The position numbers were made by a program, and so were the translations under genes. A DNA stretch of 64,000 nt, taken from NCBI GenBank assembly GCA_950097015.1, contig CATNEN010000007.1, forward strand, positions 1,364,001 through 1,428,000. The letters are read 5' to 3'. This DNA comes from Macrostomum hystrix. Its lineage: Eukaryota > Animalia > Platyhelminthes. Below, piece by piece: positions 49,222-61,270 of this stretch; position 1 is the stretch's first letter, and every line of letters begins with the position of its first letter. A model generated the notes under the pieces. It was not told where the DNA came from, made no database searches, and was given only the letters and a program-made list of their open reading frames with translations.

Positions 49222-50435
49222 ATGGTTCTAACTGGTGCCAATGTGTTTTTGCAAAACAAAGGAAAGGCAGGTAAGTTTTCTTATGGTCAGTATTACTTAT
49301 AAATATACTACAGGGATATATAGTAAGACTAGAGCTCCAGAAATAGTAATGTATGAGTAGGCAGCATTATTTTTAATACAAAACATTTTAGTCCATTTAT
49401 GCAGCATAACATTGTTTTTTTCTGAAAGTCTTGAATATTGTTATATTTTCTAGGCTACATCATATGTTATATTCTCTGTGGGGTGCATCTATTAATTTAC
49501 GTAAAAGCTAGAAATAAATAAATATAATAATTAGTCACTATGTTTTAGTAAAATTTAAAAATTCAAATCTTACTTTAATTCTAGTGTGGACCGCCGAACT
49601 GCGTCGGGAGTATATGAGTCTGCCAATCGAAGAAAAGCGACGTCTTCAAGAAGAAGCTAAAAATCAGCAGAAGAAAATAAGAAAAGTGGTAAATGATTTA
49701 AAAGGTACAGGTGAGACATACGTACTTATTAAATTAACCCGACGTGGAGCCGATTTTACCACGTCCAATGACATATCGCCTAATGTTAGAAGCACTATGG
49801 AGCCCCATATAAATAAAATAGCAGAACTAATGGAGGACGCGAAAAAAACAGAACAACAAAATATGGCAAATGAGCGCAGTGATGTTCAGCTTGCTGAAAC
49901 TAGTCAGCCACGAAACCTAGCTTCTGTTTATAGCGATGTGAAAAAAATGCGACAAGAAATTTTTTTAAGGGCTAAAATTGCACATAAAACAGCGACAGGT
50001 TTCGACGGCAAGATTCCATGGAGCCTTGTCGGAAAAAGTTGCAAATTCATTCCAGAATTGAAGGACCCCCATCACTTATCCAGAGAAAAATGTGTAGCCA
50101 TTTTAAGGGAACTCGAAAATACAGAACTGACATTTTGTAATTCAGTTTCCATTGATGTATCACCTGATCATGATACACCAATGGAAGAAGGGCTACAAGT
50201 CGTTGACTACCATAATATCACCACAAGTGACTTGGAGAGTGAAGGAGATACGGCACTGACTTCCGTAACCGCGAAATATCGGCAACACTTTCACGAAAGT
50301 GAAGGTTCAACAAATTTTAATCCTTTCAATACTCCATTTGTAGATGACGCAAATAGACTTGCTCAGTCATCTTTATATGGGGCGAGCTCTGCACCCAACA
50401 TTACGCTTAGACTAGATACTAGACAAACGGAATGA
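49222..50435 (+). CDS. HMG-box-like protein, 299 aa; exons 49222-49270 and 49585-50435
   Basis: Phase-1 GT-AG join gives MVLTGANVFLQNKGKAVWTAELRREYMSLPIEEKRRLQEEAKNQQKK, resembling a compact HMG box (N.F helix 1; W/Y..L..EEK..L...A helix 3); 900 nt uninterrupted. Domain call is from motif recall only. Confidence 0.6.
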
Positions 50436-50604
50436 AATTTTAATATGAAACAATTATTAGAGGCCCACACGACGCCAATAGCTTAATATTAAATAGTATA
50501 TAAGATGCAATATGCTATGGTTTTCAATGTTTTCAGCCGAAAATAGTCACTGTGCAGAGAGCTGCTATCTTTACAGAGACTAGAGTCTATATTCTGTCAA
50601 ATAT

Positions 50605-51185
50605 TGCTGGGATTGTCAATGTGCATTTATTGCTTTGACATTTTCCCTCTGCATAAAACTAATGCTGGGATTGTCAATGTGCATTCATTACTTCATGACA
50701 TTTTTCCCTCTGCATAAAACTAATGCTGGGATTGTCAATGTGCATTCATTACTTCATGACATTTTTCCCTCTGCATAAAACTAATGCTGGGATTGTCAAT
50801 GTGCATTCATTGCTTTGACATTTTCCCTCTGCATAAAACTAATGCTGGGATTGTCAATGGGCATTCATTGCTTTGACATTTTCCCTCTGCATAAAACTAA
50901 TGCTGGGATTGTCAATGTGCATTCATTGCTTTGACATTTTCCCTCTGCATAAAACTAATGCTGGGATTGTCAATGTGCATTCATTGCTTTGACATTTTTC
51001 CCTCTGCATAAAACTAATGCTGGGATTGTCAATGGGCATTCATTGCTTTGACATTTTTCCCTCTGCATAAAACTAATGCTGGGATTGTCAATGTGCATTC
51101 ATTGCTTTGACATTTTCCCTCTGCATAAAACTAATGCTGGGATTGTCAATGGGCATTCATTGCTTTGACATTTTCCCTCTGCATT
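50605..51185. repeat. 59 bp subterminal repeat array, about 10 units
   Basis: Reverse complement of the 37013-37834 monomer. Confidence 0.96.
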
Positions 51186-52244
51186 TGTCAGATAAATTTT
51201 TCTTTCACGAACGTGACGCGCCTCATCGTGGCGTGAAAGTGAACAGTGCGCGTTTCAATCTTTTGCACTGGCCAAGACGTCACTACTAGTTAGTCTAGGT
51301 GTTTTACAACCTTCTGTACTGAATATCCACGAACCAATCACTTCATATATTTTATTCTATCTATTCACATTCTTTATACCCAGAAATTTGCTGTTATAGT
51401 AGACTCCCTCTCACAAAGTTGACCTAATTTGTCTTGTTTCCGGTACGTCAATCAAGAAATCAAAGCAATGAACGCTACTTTTAGTTTAAGATTTAGTATC
51501 ATTTGCGATTCAGCTCTCAATCTGCGTGTTCTCAATATAATTTCCTGCTTTCATTCATTTTTTCCCTATGTTCCGTGGTGCACAACTGCTGGACTGGAGA
51601 ACAATCGCACTCGGCACCAAAAGATGTAGTGGCACTTTTAGGCTTAAATACAGGTAAAAGATGCTTTTAATTACTTAAATTTGTGACTTATTTATCGAAT
51701 TTTATATTGAAGTTCAATTCCCACCCTGCCAGGAAATGCGAACTGGACTCGACAGTTTAGCTTATTCGGAGGCAGCCTTGCAAAAACAGTGGCGAAGCCT
51801 GTCTGTCACGAGCAGAAACCGTAGCCGGCCGTCAGTGTCGGCCACCTTCGCGATGCGCGGTTTCTCAATGTACGACGGAAGATAATTGCATATTATGCAC
51901 TGTCTGCAGCTACCCATCTAGCCGACTAGCGGGCCTGCCATCCCACCAATGCAGCGCTGGAATACTGAGTACTGGTTGCTAACTGCAATGATACATGCTT
52001 CTCACCTTAATTTGATATTATTTTGCGCATTCTCAAGTCCGTGTACTCTGTACTTACCCCCTGTTGAGCAGTTATTGCAATATGCACATTTTTCTTATTT
52101 ACGAGTAGCTAGTAAATATACAAATTGTACTTCGTCTTGCTGCTTGCTAATAAATAAGTAGCTTACGAAATGCGCCCGATACCATCCCGTATAAAGCCAG
52201 TCTTAAATGGCGCCCAATTTCATCATTTCTAATATTTCTAATAA

Positions 52245-53280
52245 ATTTTATCTTGTATCTTGAATCATGTATCTTTTATATTATATCTTGTATCAGTTTC
52301 TTTAATCTTGTATCATGTATCTTCTATATTGTATCTTGTATCTTTCATCTTCTATCTTGTATCTTTTATCTTCTATCTTGTATCAGTTTCTTTAATCTTG
52401 TATCATGTATCTTCTATAATGTATCTTGTATCTTTCATCTTCTATCTTGTATCTTTTATCTTCTATCTTGTATCAGTTTCTTTAATCTTGTATCATGTAT
52501 CTTCTATATTGTATCTTGTATCTTTCATCTTCTATCTTGTATCTTTTATCTTCTATCTTGTATCTTTTATCTTCTATCTTGTATCAGTTTCTTTAATCTT
52601 GTATCATGTATCTTCTATATTGTATCTTGTATCTTTTATCTTCTATCTTGTATCTTTTATCTTCTATCTTGTATCTTTTATATTATATCTTGTATCAGTT
52701 TCTTTAATCTTGTATCATGTATCTTCTATATTGTATCTTGTATCTTTCATCTTCTATCTTGTATCTTGTATCTTTCATCTTCTATCTTGTATCTTTCATC
52801 TTCTATCTTGTATCTTTTATCTTCTATATTGTATCTTGTATCTTTTATCTTCTATATTGTATCTTGTATCTTTTATCTTCTATATTGTATCTTGTATCTT
52901 TTATCTTCTATCTTGTATCAGTTTCTTTAATCTTGTATCATGTATCTTCTATATTGTATCTTGTATCTTTCATCTTCTATCTTGTATCTTTTATCTTCTA
53001 TCTTGTATCAGTTTCTTTAATCTTGTATCATGTATCTTCTATATTGTATCTTGTATCTTTCATCTTCTATCTTGTATCTTTCATCTTCTATCTTGTATCT
53101 TTCATCTTCTATATTGTATCTTGTATCTTTCATCTTCTATCTTGTATCTTTCATCTTCTGTCTTGTATCTTTCATCTTCTATCTTGTATCTTTTATCTTC
53201 TATCTTGTATCTTGTATCTTTCATCTTCTATCTTGTATCTTTTATCTTCTATCTTGTATCAGTTTCTTTAATCTTGTCTC
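52245..53280. repeat. TATCTT(G/C/T)-based 7-mer satellite with higher-order blocks
   Basis: TATCTTG/TATCTTC/TATCTTT units punctuated by recurring TATCAGTTTCTTTAATCTTGTATCATG blocks; begins ~30 bp after the element end. Confidence 0.95.
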
Positions 53281-53606
53281 TTAATTTAGAGTATTTTGCG
53301 TCACTGTATAGCTCACCTTACTATATCATTGTTTCTGATTTCAAAGCATCAATTTTTTAGTGCCATGTTTTTACATTAAAATTTGTTTGCAACGATTGCA
53401 TGTGTTTCAATAAGTAAATCTTATAATTCGTAGGCTTCTTGAATAAAACACTATTTTCTCCTTGTTGCTTTCTGAATTTAAATTTGCCTAATAGCAACTT
53501 TGTTGAGTTACATTTTCATTTCCCTGGTGTAAATTAGAAATCTCTAAAATTCTAAAATCAGCTGTCTGTTATTGCTACAATATTTTATCTGTTGCAGCGA
53601 CATCTC

Positions 53607-53760
53607 GCAGACTAATTTCTATTTGGCATTTCTTCGGCATTTGGCAGACTAATTTCTATTTGGCATTTCTTCGGCATTTGGCAGACTAATTTATTTCTAT
53701 TTGGCATTTCTTCGGCATTTGGCAGACTAATTTCTATTTGGCATTTCTTCGGCATTTGGC
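53607..53760. repeat. 37 bp tandem repeat, 4 units
   Basis: GCAGACTAATTTCTATTTGGCATTTCTTCGGCATTTG at period 37 (53607, 53644..). Confidence 0.92.
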
Positions 53761-53783
53761 ATTGGCTTTCTTTTCATTTAAAA

Positions 53784-54239
53784 ATGGTTAAAAGGCGACC
53801 AATGGGCCCTCCTCCTCCTTCGCCAAAAAAGAAGAGAGTTAGTTGGAACTCTCTAGTTTTGGCGGAGGAGGAGGAGGAGCGGCAGCAGCGGCAGCCGCAG
53901 ACGCCGCAGACGCGGCAGCAGCAGCGGCAACAGCAGCAGCAGCAACAGCAGCAACAGCAGCAGCAGCAACAGCAGCAGCAGCCACAACAGCAGCAGCAGC
54001 AACAGCGGCAGCAGCAGACGCCGCAGACGCGGCAGCAGCAGCGGCAACAGCAACAGCAGCCGCAACAGCAACAGCAGCCGCAACAGCAGCCGCAACAGCA
54101 ACAGCAGCAGCGGCAACAGCAACAGCAGCCGCAACAGCAACAGCAGCCGCAACAGCAGCAGCGGCAACAGCAACAGCAGCGGCAACAGCAACAGCAGCCG
54201 CAACAGCAACACCAGCCGCAGCCGCAACAGCAACAGCGG

Positions 54240-54273
<34 letters not shown>

Positions 54274-54587
54274 GGCAACAGCAACAGCAGCCGCAACAGC
54301 AACAGCCGCAACAGCAACAGCAGCCGCAGCCGCAACAGCAACAGCAGCAGCGGCAACAGCAACAGCAGCCGCAACAGCAACAGCAGCAGCCGCAACAGCA
54401 ACAGCAGCAGCCGCAACAGCAACAGCAGCCGCAGCCGCAACAGCAACAGCAGCAGCGGCAACAGCAGCAGCAGCCGCAACAGCAGCGAACATATGCGCAA
54501 GTTGTGGTCAGTAAAGTGAATAGTGCGCGCGAAATGTTTGCCGATTTAAAAACTTCGCCAAAAGCGAAATTCATTAATTATGCTTGA
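53784..54587 (+). CDS. Candidate 267 aa polyglutamine protein with N-terminal PKKKRVSW motif
   Basis: ATG-initiated ORF with non-repetitive N-terminus (33 aa) and C-terminus (33 aa) around ~200 codons of CAG/CAA/CGG/CCG repeat; trinucleotide repeats are open by nature, so coding status is uncertain. Confidence 0.35.
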
Positions 54588-55212
54588 ATCGGCTAATAAT
54601 AAGGCCAGGGCGCGAATTTCAGCCTAGTGACTTTCAGCAGAAACTTTTTCACTTTAAATCTCATTGTTTTAAATTTCAGAAATGCTGTGTGAGGATATGA
54701 AATAGCGTGTGAGGATCTGATTTTAAAAAGCCTAATTAAATTTAATATTATTGCACTATTTAACATCAATAACGTCATCATGCACGTAAAATGATTGGTT
54801 TTCCAGAAATTATAACTAACGCACACTGGAACTTAAAATCGCTAGTTCTGATTTCGCTCATGCGAAAGCCACTTCACAAGCACAGCACGGAAGTAACATT
54901 AACAGCAACAGCACAAAACAAGCAACCATCACCACTCACTTTATGCACTTACTCTCGTGAATGATACAATTATGCACCAATGTGTATTTGTGTACTTCAC
55001 ACTTTTGTAGCCGAGGCCACAGAAGCCACTGATCGCGTCACTGCATGAAATATCACGAACTAATCGTATTATTTAACATTATTTAACGATTTAATGTGAT
55101 TAAAACACTATTTCATTTCATTTCATTTTTTAAAAATAACAATTCACAATTCCATAACTATACTCCATTCCACAAAAAACAGAGCCAAAGGCCACCTTGG
55201 CCACCCAGGCCA

Positions 55213-55368
55213 TGGGAGCAGCAGTGGCAGCAGCGGCAGCAGCAGCAGTGGCGGCAGCGGCAGCAGCAGCAGTGGCGGCAGCGGCAGCAGCAGTGGCGGC
55301 AGCAGCAGCAGTTGCAGCAGCAGCAGTGGCAACAGCAACGGCAGCAGCGGCAGCGGCAACAGCAGCGC
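55213..55368. repeat. CAG/CGG/TGG trinucleotide repeat
   Basis: Directly visible; ~50 codon-length units. Confidence 0.9.
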
Positions 55369-55718
55369 CGAGGTGGCCGCAAATGGCGCGCTAAGCGTAG
55401 CCAGCTGGTGAGGTTTATGATATTAAACCGTTTTTTACTATTGGACCATAGAAATACTGTCCCTAAAATATACCTATAGACTACCCCAATCACAAGATGA
55501 TTATGTCAGTTAGTGGCTAAAATTTAGACTTTAGACTTTAGTCCGTGACTTTAGATACGTGCACATATTGCAGTCCAAAAGGTTTTTAGTAGCTATTTAC
55601 ACTTCTATATATTGTTGTCTACTTTGAGCGTCTTAGTCTTCATAATTGAAATAAAAGGTAAAAAATGTTTTTATCTCCTTTCATTCAGGATGCCTTCTTC
55701 GAGTTGCAGCGCGTGCAA

Positions 55719-55777
55719 CTCGACTTCATCAAAAACCTAAAGAATGAATGATTCTTTAGGTTTTTGATGAAGTCGAG
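55719..55777. repeat. Perfect 27 bp inverted repeat with 5 nt loop at the start of the 28 bp satellite
   Basis: CTCGACTTCATCAAAAACCTAAAGAAT-GAATG-ATTCTTTAGGTTTTTGATGAAGTCGAG. Confidence 0.95.
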
Positions 55778-58700
55778 ATGATGCTGCTGACTCAGAATTG
55801 ATAATGTGATGCTGCTGACTCAGAATTGATAAGGTGATGCTGCTGACTCAGAATTGATAAGGTGATGCTGCTGACTCAGAATTGATAAGGTGATGCTGCT
55901 GACTCAGAATTGATAAGGTGATGCTGCTGACTCAGAATTGATAAGGTGATGCTGCTGACTCAGATTTGATAAGGTGATGCTGCTGACTCAGATTTGATAA
56001 GGTGATGCTGCTGACTCAGAATTGATAAGATGATGCTGCTGACTCAGATTTGATAAGGTGATGCTGCTGACTCAGATTTGATAAGATGATGCTGCTGACT
56101 CAGATTTGATAAGGTGATGCTGCTGACTCAGAATTGATAAGGTGATGCTGCTGACTCAGAATTGATAAGGTGATGCTGCTGACTCAGAATTGATAATGTG
56201 ATGCTGCTGACTCAGAATTGATAAGGTGATGCTGCTGACTCAGAATTGATAAGATGATGCTGCTGACTCAGAATTGATAAGGTGATGCTGCTGACTCAGA
56301 TTTGATAAGGTGATGCTGCTGACTCAGAATTGATAATGTGATGCTGCTGACTCAGAATTGATAATGTGATGCTGCTGACTCAGAATTGATAAGATGATGC
56401 TGCTGACTCAGAATTGATAATGTGATGCTGCTGACTCAGATTTGATAAGATGATGCTGCTGACTCAGAATTGATAAGGTGATGCTGCTGACTCAGATTTG
56501 ATAAGGTGATGCTGCTGACTCAGATTTGATAAGGTGATGCTGCTGACTCAGATTTGATAATGTGATGCTGCTGACTCAGAATTGATAAGATGATGCTGCT
56601 GACTCAGAATTGATAAGGTGATGCTGCTGACTCAGAATTGATAAGGTGATGCTGCTGACTCAGAATTGATAAGGTGATGCTGCTGACTCAGAATTGATAA
56701 GGTGATGCTGCTGACTCAGAATTGATAAGGTGATGCTGCTGACTCAGATTTGATAAGGTGATGCTGCTGACTCAGATTTGATAAGGTGATGCTGCTGACT
56801 CAGAATTGATAAGATGATGCTGCTGACTCAGATTTGATAAGGTGATGCTGCTGACTCAGAATTGATAAGGTGATGCTGCTGACTCAGAATTGATAAGGTG
56901 ATGCTGCTGACTCAGATTTGATAAGATGATGCTGCTGACTCAGAATTGATAAGGTGATGCTGCTGACTCAGAATTGATAAGATGATGCTGCTGACTCAGA
57001 ATTGATAAGGTGATGCTGCTGACTCAGATTTGATAAGATGATGCTGCTGACTCAGATTTGATAAGGTGATGCTGCTGACTCAGATTTGATAAGGTGATGC
57101 TGCTGACTCAGAATTGATAAGGTGATGCTGCTGACTCAGAATTGATAAGGTGATGCTGCTGACTCAGATTTGATAAGGTGATGCTGCTGACTCAGAATTG
57201 ATAATGTGATGCTGCTGACTCAGAATTGATAAGGTGATGCTGCTGACTCAGAATTGATAAGGTGATGCTGCTGACTCAGAATTGATAAGATGATGCTGCT
57301 GACTCAGATTTGATAAGGTGATGCTGCTGACTCAGAATTGATAAGGTGATGCTGCTGACTCAGAATTGATAAGATGATGCTGCTGACTCAGAATTGATAA
57401 TGTGATGCTGCTGACTCAGAATTGATAAGGTGATGCTGCTGACTCAGAATTGATAATGTGATGCTGCTGACTCAGAATTGATAAGGTGATGCTGCTGACT
57501 CAGAATTGATAATGTGATGCTGCTGACTCAGATTTGATAAGGTGATGCTGCTGACTCAGAATTGATAAGGTGATGCTGCTGACTCAGAATTGATAAGGTG
57601 ATGCTGCTGACTCAGAATTGATAAGGTGATGCTGCTGACTCAGATTTGATAAGGTGATGCTGCTGACTCAGAATTGATAATGTGATGCTGCTGACTCAGA
57701 ATTGATAAGGTGATGCTGCTGACTCAGAATTGATAAGGTGATGCTGCTGACTCAGAATTGATAAGATGATGCTGCTGACTCAGAATTGATAAGATGATGC
57801 TGCTGACTCAGAATTGATAAGGTGATGCTGCTGACTCAGAATTGATAAGATGATGCTGCTGACTCAGATTTGATAAGGTGATGCTGCTGACTCAGAATTG
57901 ATAAGGTGATGCTGCTGACTCAGAATTGATAAGATGATGCTGCTGACTCAGAATTGATAAGGTGATGCTGCTGACTCAGAATTGATAAGGTGATGCTGCT
58001 GACTCAGAATTGATAAGGTGATGCTGCTGACTCAGATTTGATAAGGTGATGCTGCTGACTCAGAATTGATAATGTGATGCTGCTGACTCAGAATTGATAA
58101 TGTGATGCTGCTGACTCAGAATTGATAAGATGATGCTGCTGACTCAGAATTGATAATGTGATGCTGCTGACTCAGAATTGATAAGGTGATGCTGCTGACT
58201 CAGAATTGATAAGGTGATGCTGCTGACTCAGAATTGATAATGTGATGCTGCTGACTCAGATTTGATAAGGTGATGCTGCTGACTCAGAATTGATAAGGTG
58301 ATGCTGCTGACTCAGAATTGATAAGATGATGCTGCTGACTCAGATTTGATAAGGTGATGCTGCTGACTCAGATTTGATAAGGTGATGCTGCTGACTCAGA
58401 ATTGATAAGATGATGCTGCTGACTCAGATTTGATAAGGTGATGCTGCTGACTCAGAATTGATAAGGTGATGCTGCTGACTCAGAATTGATAAGGTGATGC
58501 TGCTGACTCAGAATTGATAATGTGATGCTGCTGACTCAGATTTGATAAGGTGATGCTGCTGACTCAGAATTGATAAGGTGATGCTGCTGACTCAGAATTG
58601 ATAAGATGATGCTGCTGACTCAGATTTGATAAGGTGATGCTGCTGACTCAGATTTGATAAGGTGATGCTGCTGACTCAGAATTGATAAGATGATGCTGCT

Positions 58701-58925
58701 GACTCAGAATTGATAAGGTGATGCTGCTGACTCAGAATTGATAAGGTGATGCTGCTGACTCAGAATTGATAAGGTGATGCTGCTGACTCAGAATTGATAA
58801 GGTGATGCTGCTGACTCAGATTTGATAAGGTGATGCTGCTGACTCAGATTTGATAAGGTGATGCTGCTGACTCAGAATTGATAAGATGATGCTGCTGACT
58901 CAGAATTGATAATGTGATGCTGCTG
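55778..58925. repeat. 28 bp satellite (ATGCTGCTGACTCAGA[A/T]TTGATAA[GG/GA/TG]TG), about 112 units
   Basis: Homogeneous array with only two variable sites. Confidence 0.98.
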
Positions 58926-59043
58926 ACTCAGAATTGATAAGGTGAGGTGATGTTGCTGATGGTGTGATCCAGTTGAGCCTCTGCGCCTTAAGTATCGACC
59001 GAAGCCGCGCAGTCCGAACCACATGTACAAATTGTCGCTAAGT

Positions 59044-59908
59044 TGTCGCTACCTGCTCTCAGATGAGCTAACCTACGCGGATTGCCAACTCATGCCTAAA
59101 CTGCATCATCTGAAAATGGCCGCTAAGGTAGAATTCCCTGTTTGTCTGCCAGGGTTCGAATGCTTTTTTAATCTCAGAGTCTATTTAGCTCCAGCGGGCT
59201 AAAGATAGATTCTAAAATGAATGCGGGTCGGTATTGACTGTGGAATCAGATAGGAAAGAGATGAGACAGGATAAAGATAAGACAGGCGAGAGATGTGACA
59301 TGGAAGATGTAAGACACGGCACAGTTTTATACAGAGGAGAGATAAGACGGGAGATAAAACAGGGAAGATATGAGACAGTGAAGACATGAATCAGGGCCAA
59401 GATGCATGTGACAGTGGAGAGATTAGACAGAGGAGAGATGAGACGGGTGAGTTGAGATCGGAGAGATGAGACAGGGGTGAGGTGAGATCGGAGAGACGAG
59501 ACAGGGGTGAGTTGAGATCGGAGAGATGAGACAGGGGTGAGGTGAGATCGGAGAGACGAGACAGGGGTGAGTTGAGATCGGAGAGATGAGACGTCTTGGG
59601 TGAGATCAGAGAGATGAGACAGGCGTGATTCAATTGTTCGCATCGTCGATACATTTCAGTTCTATTGCGACTTCGATGTGCCATCAGAGCTGCAGCATCT
59701 GCAAGCCTATTATTCGGCCATGTACGAATGCGAGGCCTTCCGTTGTAGCTGTCTGGCCGACCGTGACGTCTATCAGTTGTACCACGACAAGCTGCCTCGC
59801 GCATTGGTTGCTAAGAGACCGCAGCCCAGCCTGATGGACGACTCGCGGCTGTTGCTAGGCGAGAGCGGCACCGGTGGCATTGGCAACAATGGTGCCGGCG
59901 TACATTGA
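59044..59908 (+). pseudogene. 5'-truncated CLIC paralogue, copy 2 (59044-59127, 59660-59908)
   Basis: Near-identical to 27726-28502; CPAD changed to CLAD, R to C near exon start; intron repeat expanded. Confidence 0.8.
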
Positions 59909-61060
59909 TGGGCTAACATTTATTTAGGTAGAAAATTGGGCAAGTTTTGTTTGTTTCTCTCTAGCGAAAATGCGACAGCTGCTTTTTTATTTTTTTAGTT
60001 TTTTATGGTAAAAATGACTTTAAACGATTAATAGTTTTAGTTTTTACTTCTACTAATTCGAGTGTATCTCCGTACTCAGTAAGATAAAAACTGCGATTTT
60101 TGTCGCCGCTTGCTTGTCTGTAAACTACAATGCCTATAAGTACTTATACATTCATCCTTTGCGTGTGTTTTTCTGAACTAAAAGCATTCGATTTTTTATA
60201 AATATTACGAGGGGTGTCCCAACAGTTCCCGGAATGTCCAACGTTGCTCTTCAACGGAGCCATGAAATTTCACGCCCATGGTGTTAAATGAAAGGAAATT
60301 TTGTCAGAAAGAAAACAAAATTAAAATCATGTTCATATATTTTTCTATTCAGGAGCTGCAGCAAGAAACGTGTGCGAAGGTCAGGGGTAGTGTTACACAA
60401 GCTCAAAAATCTATGAAAATGATTTTAAACAATAAAACACAGAACAGTTCGTTCACACTTTCCATAGACACTGACACGTCTTTCTGACACGTCAGTAGCA
60501 GTGCCAGTATCAGTATCAGTATCAGTAGCACTAATTCAAAATGAAAATATCCAAAAATGGAGATGAAAAATGATTGCCATAAATTTTGGAGCTTGTGTTA
60601 GTGCTCCGAAAGTTATTTTACTAAGCTCCACGAATGTAATTAAGTATGAGCATATATGTTTACAATGTCTCGCTAATTAAATTCTATGCCAAATTAAATT
60701 CCCGTTCTGTTTTTTAACGTGCAAAGCTTTCTACAAAAATATAGTTAGCTAATACAAACCTTTATTAATTAATATAAAATTGTTATTCAGATATAGTGCA
60801 CTGTTATTTTAATACTTTCTTATAGATATTGCAGTAGTAAAATACAAAAAAACGTACCGTTCTTGTATTGTGTTAATGTTAGTTAGCTCTACTAATGCTC
60901 TGTTTTGTTATTTACTTATCGCTGCTCATCATATGCTCATTTTATTCCATTCAAATAAAGCAACAATTAAAAAAAATTTTGTTTGCTTCAATCATTTTGT
61001 GTAGTAAACAGCTGAGATAAGCTACAAAATTCCTACTCAATGAGCTTGTAACATTGGTTA

Positions 61061-61270
61061 GGGCCGGGTGAGTGGCAGATCGGTCTAACGCGTTGGCCTC
61101 TCGCACCGAGGTCCCTGAGCTCGATTCCGCGGCGAGGCCATATTCATTTTGAACGCAGCCGCGGAGAGAAGACTTAGGGTAGGGGCACAGCGATAGTGTA
61201 CACTGCCAGACGATGAGAAAGTCGGGCGCTATAAGCCCTATCTTATTACTGACGAATTTCCATAATTATT
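61061..61270 (+). mobile_element. tRNA-derived SINE or tRNA pseudogene, copy 2
   Basis: Duplicate of 29657-29860. Confidence 0.55.

Larger units (their letters stand above)
46331..52214 (+). mobile_element. HMG-like module (putative KDZ-associated non-autonomous element), complete right end
   Basis: Left end equals 21758 onward; carries the 299 aa HMG-like gene, 59 bp array and ~1 kb terminal block ending TTAAATGGCGCC. Confidence 0.6.

Noticed and set aside
35975-52222. Target-site duplication around the whole 16.2 kb composite
   Set aside because: Flanks (ACAAAATA / CAATTTCA) do not match; nor does the flank at 21745-21752, so transposition as one unit is not demonstrated.
52253-53360. Long hydrophobic ORFs (225, 366, 184 aa)
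   Set aside because: Products of a stop-poor TATCTT satellite.
53774-54574. Poly-Cys, poly-Ala, poly-Leu ORFs overlapping the CAG repeat
   Set aside because: Alternative frames of a trinucleotide repeat; only the polyQ frame has meaningful flanking motifs.
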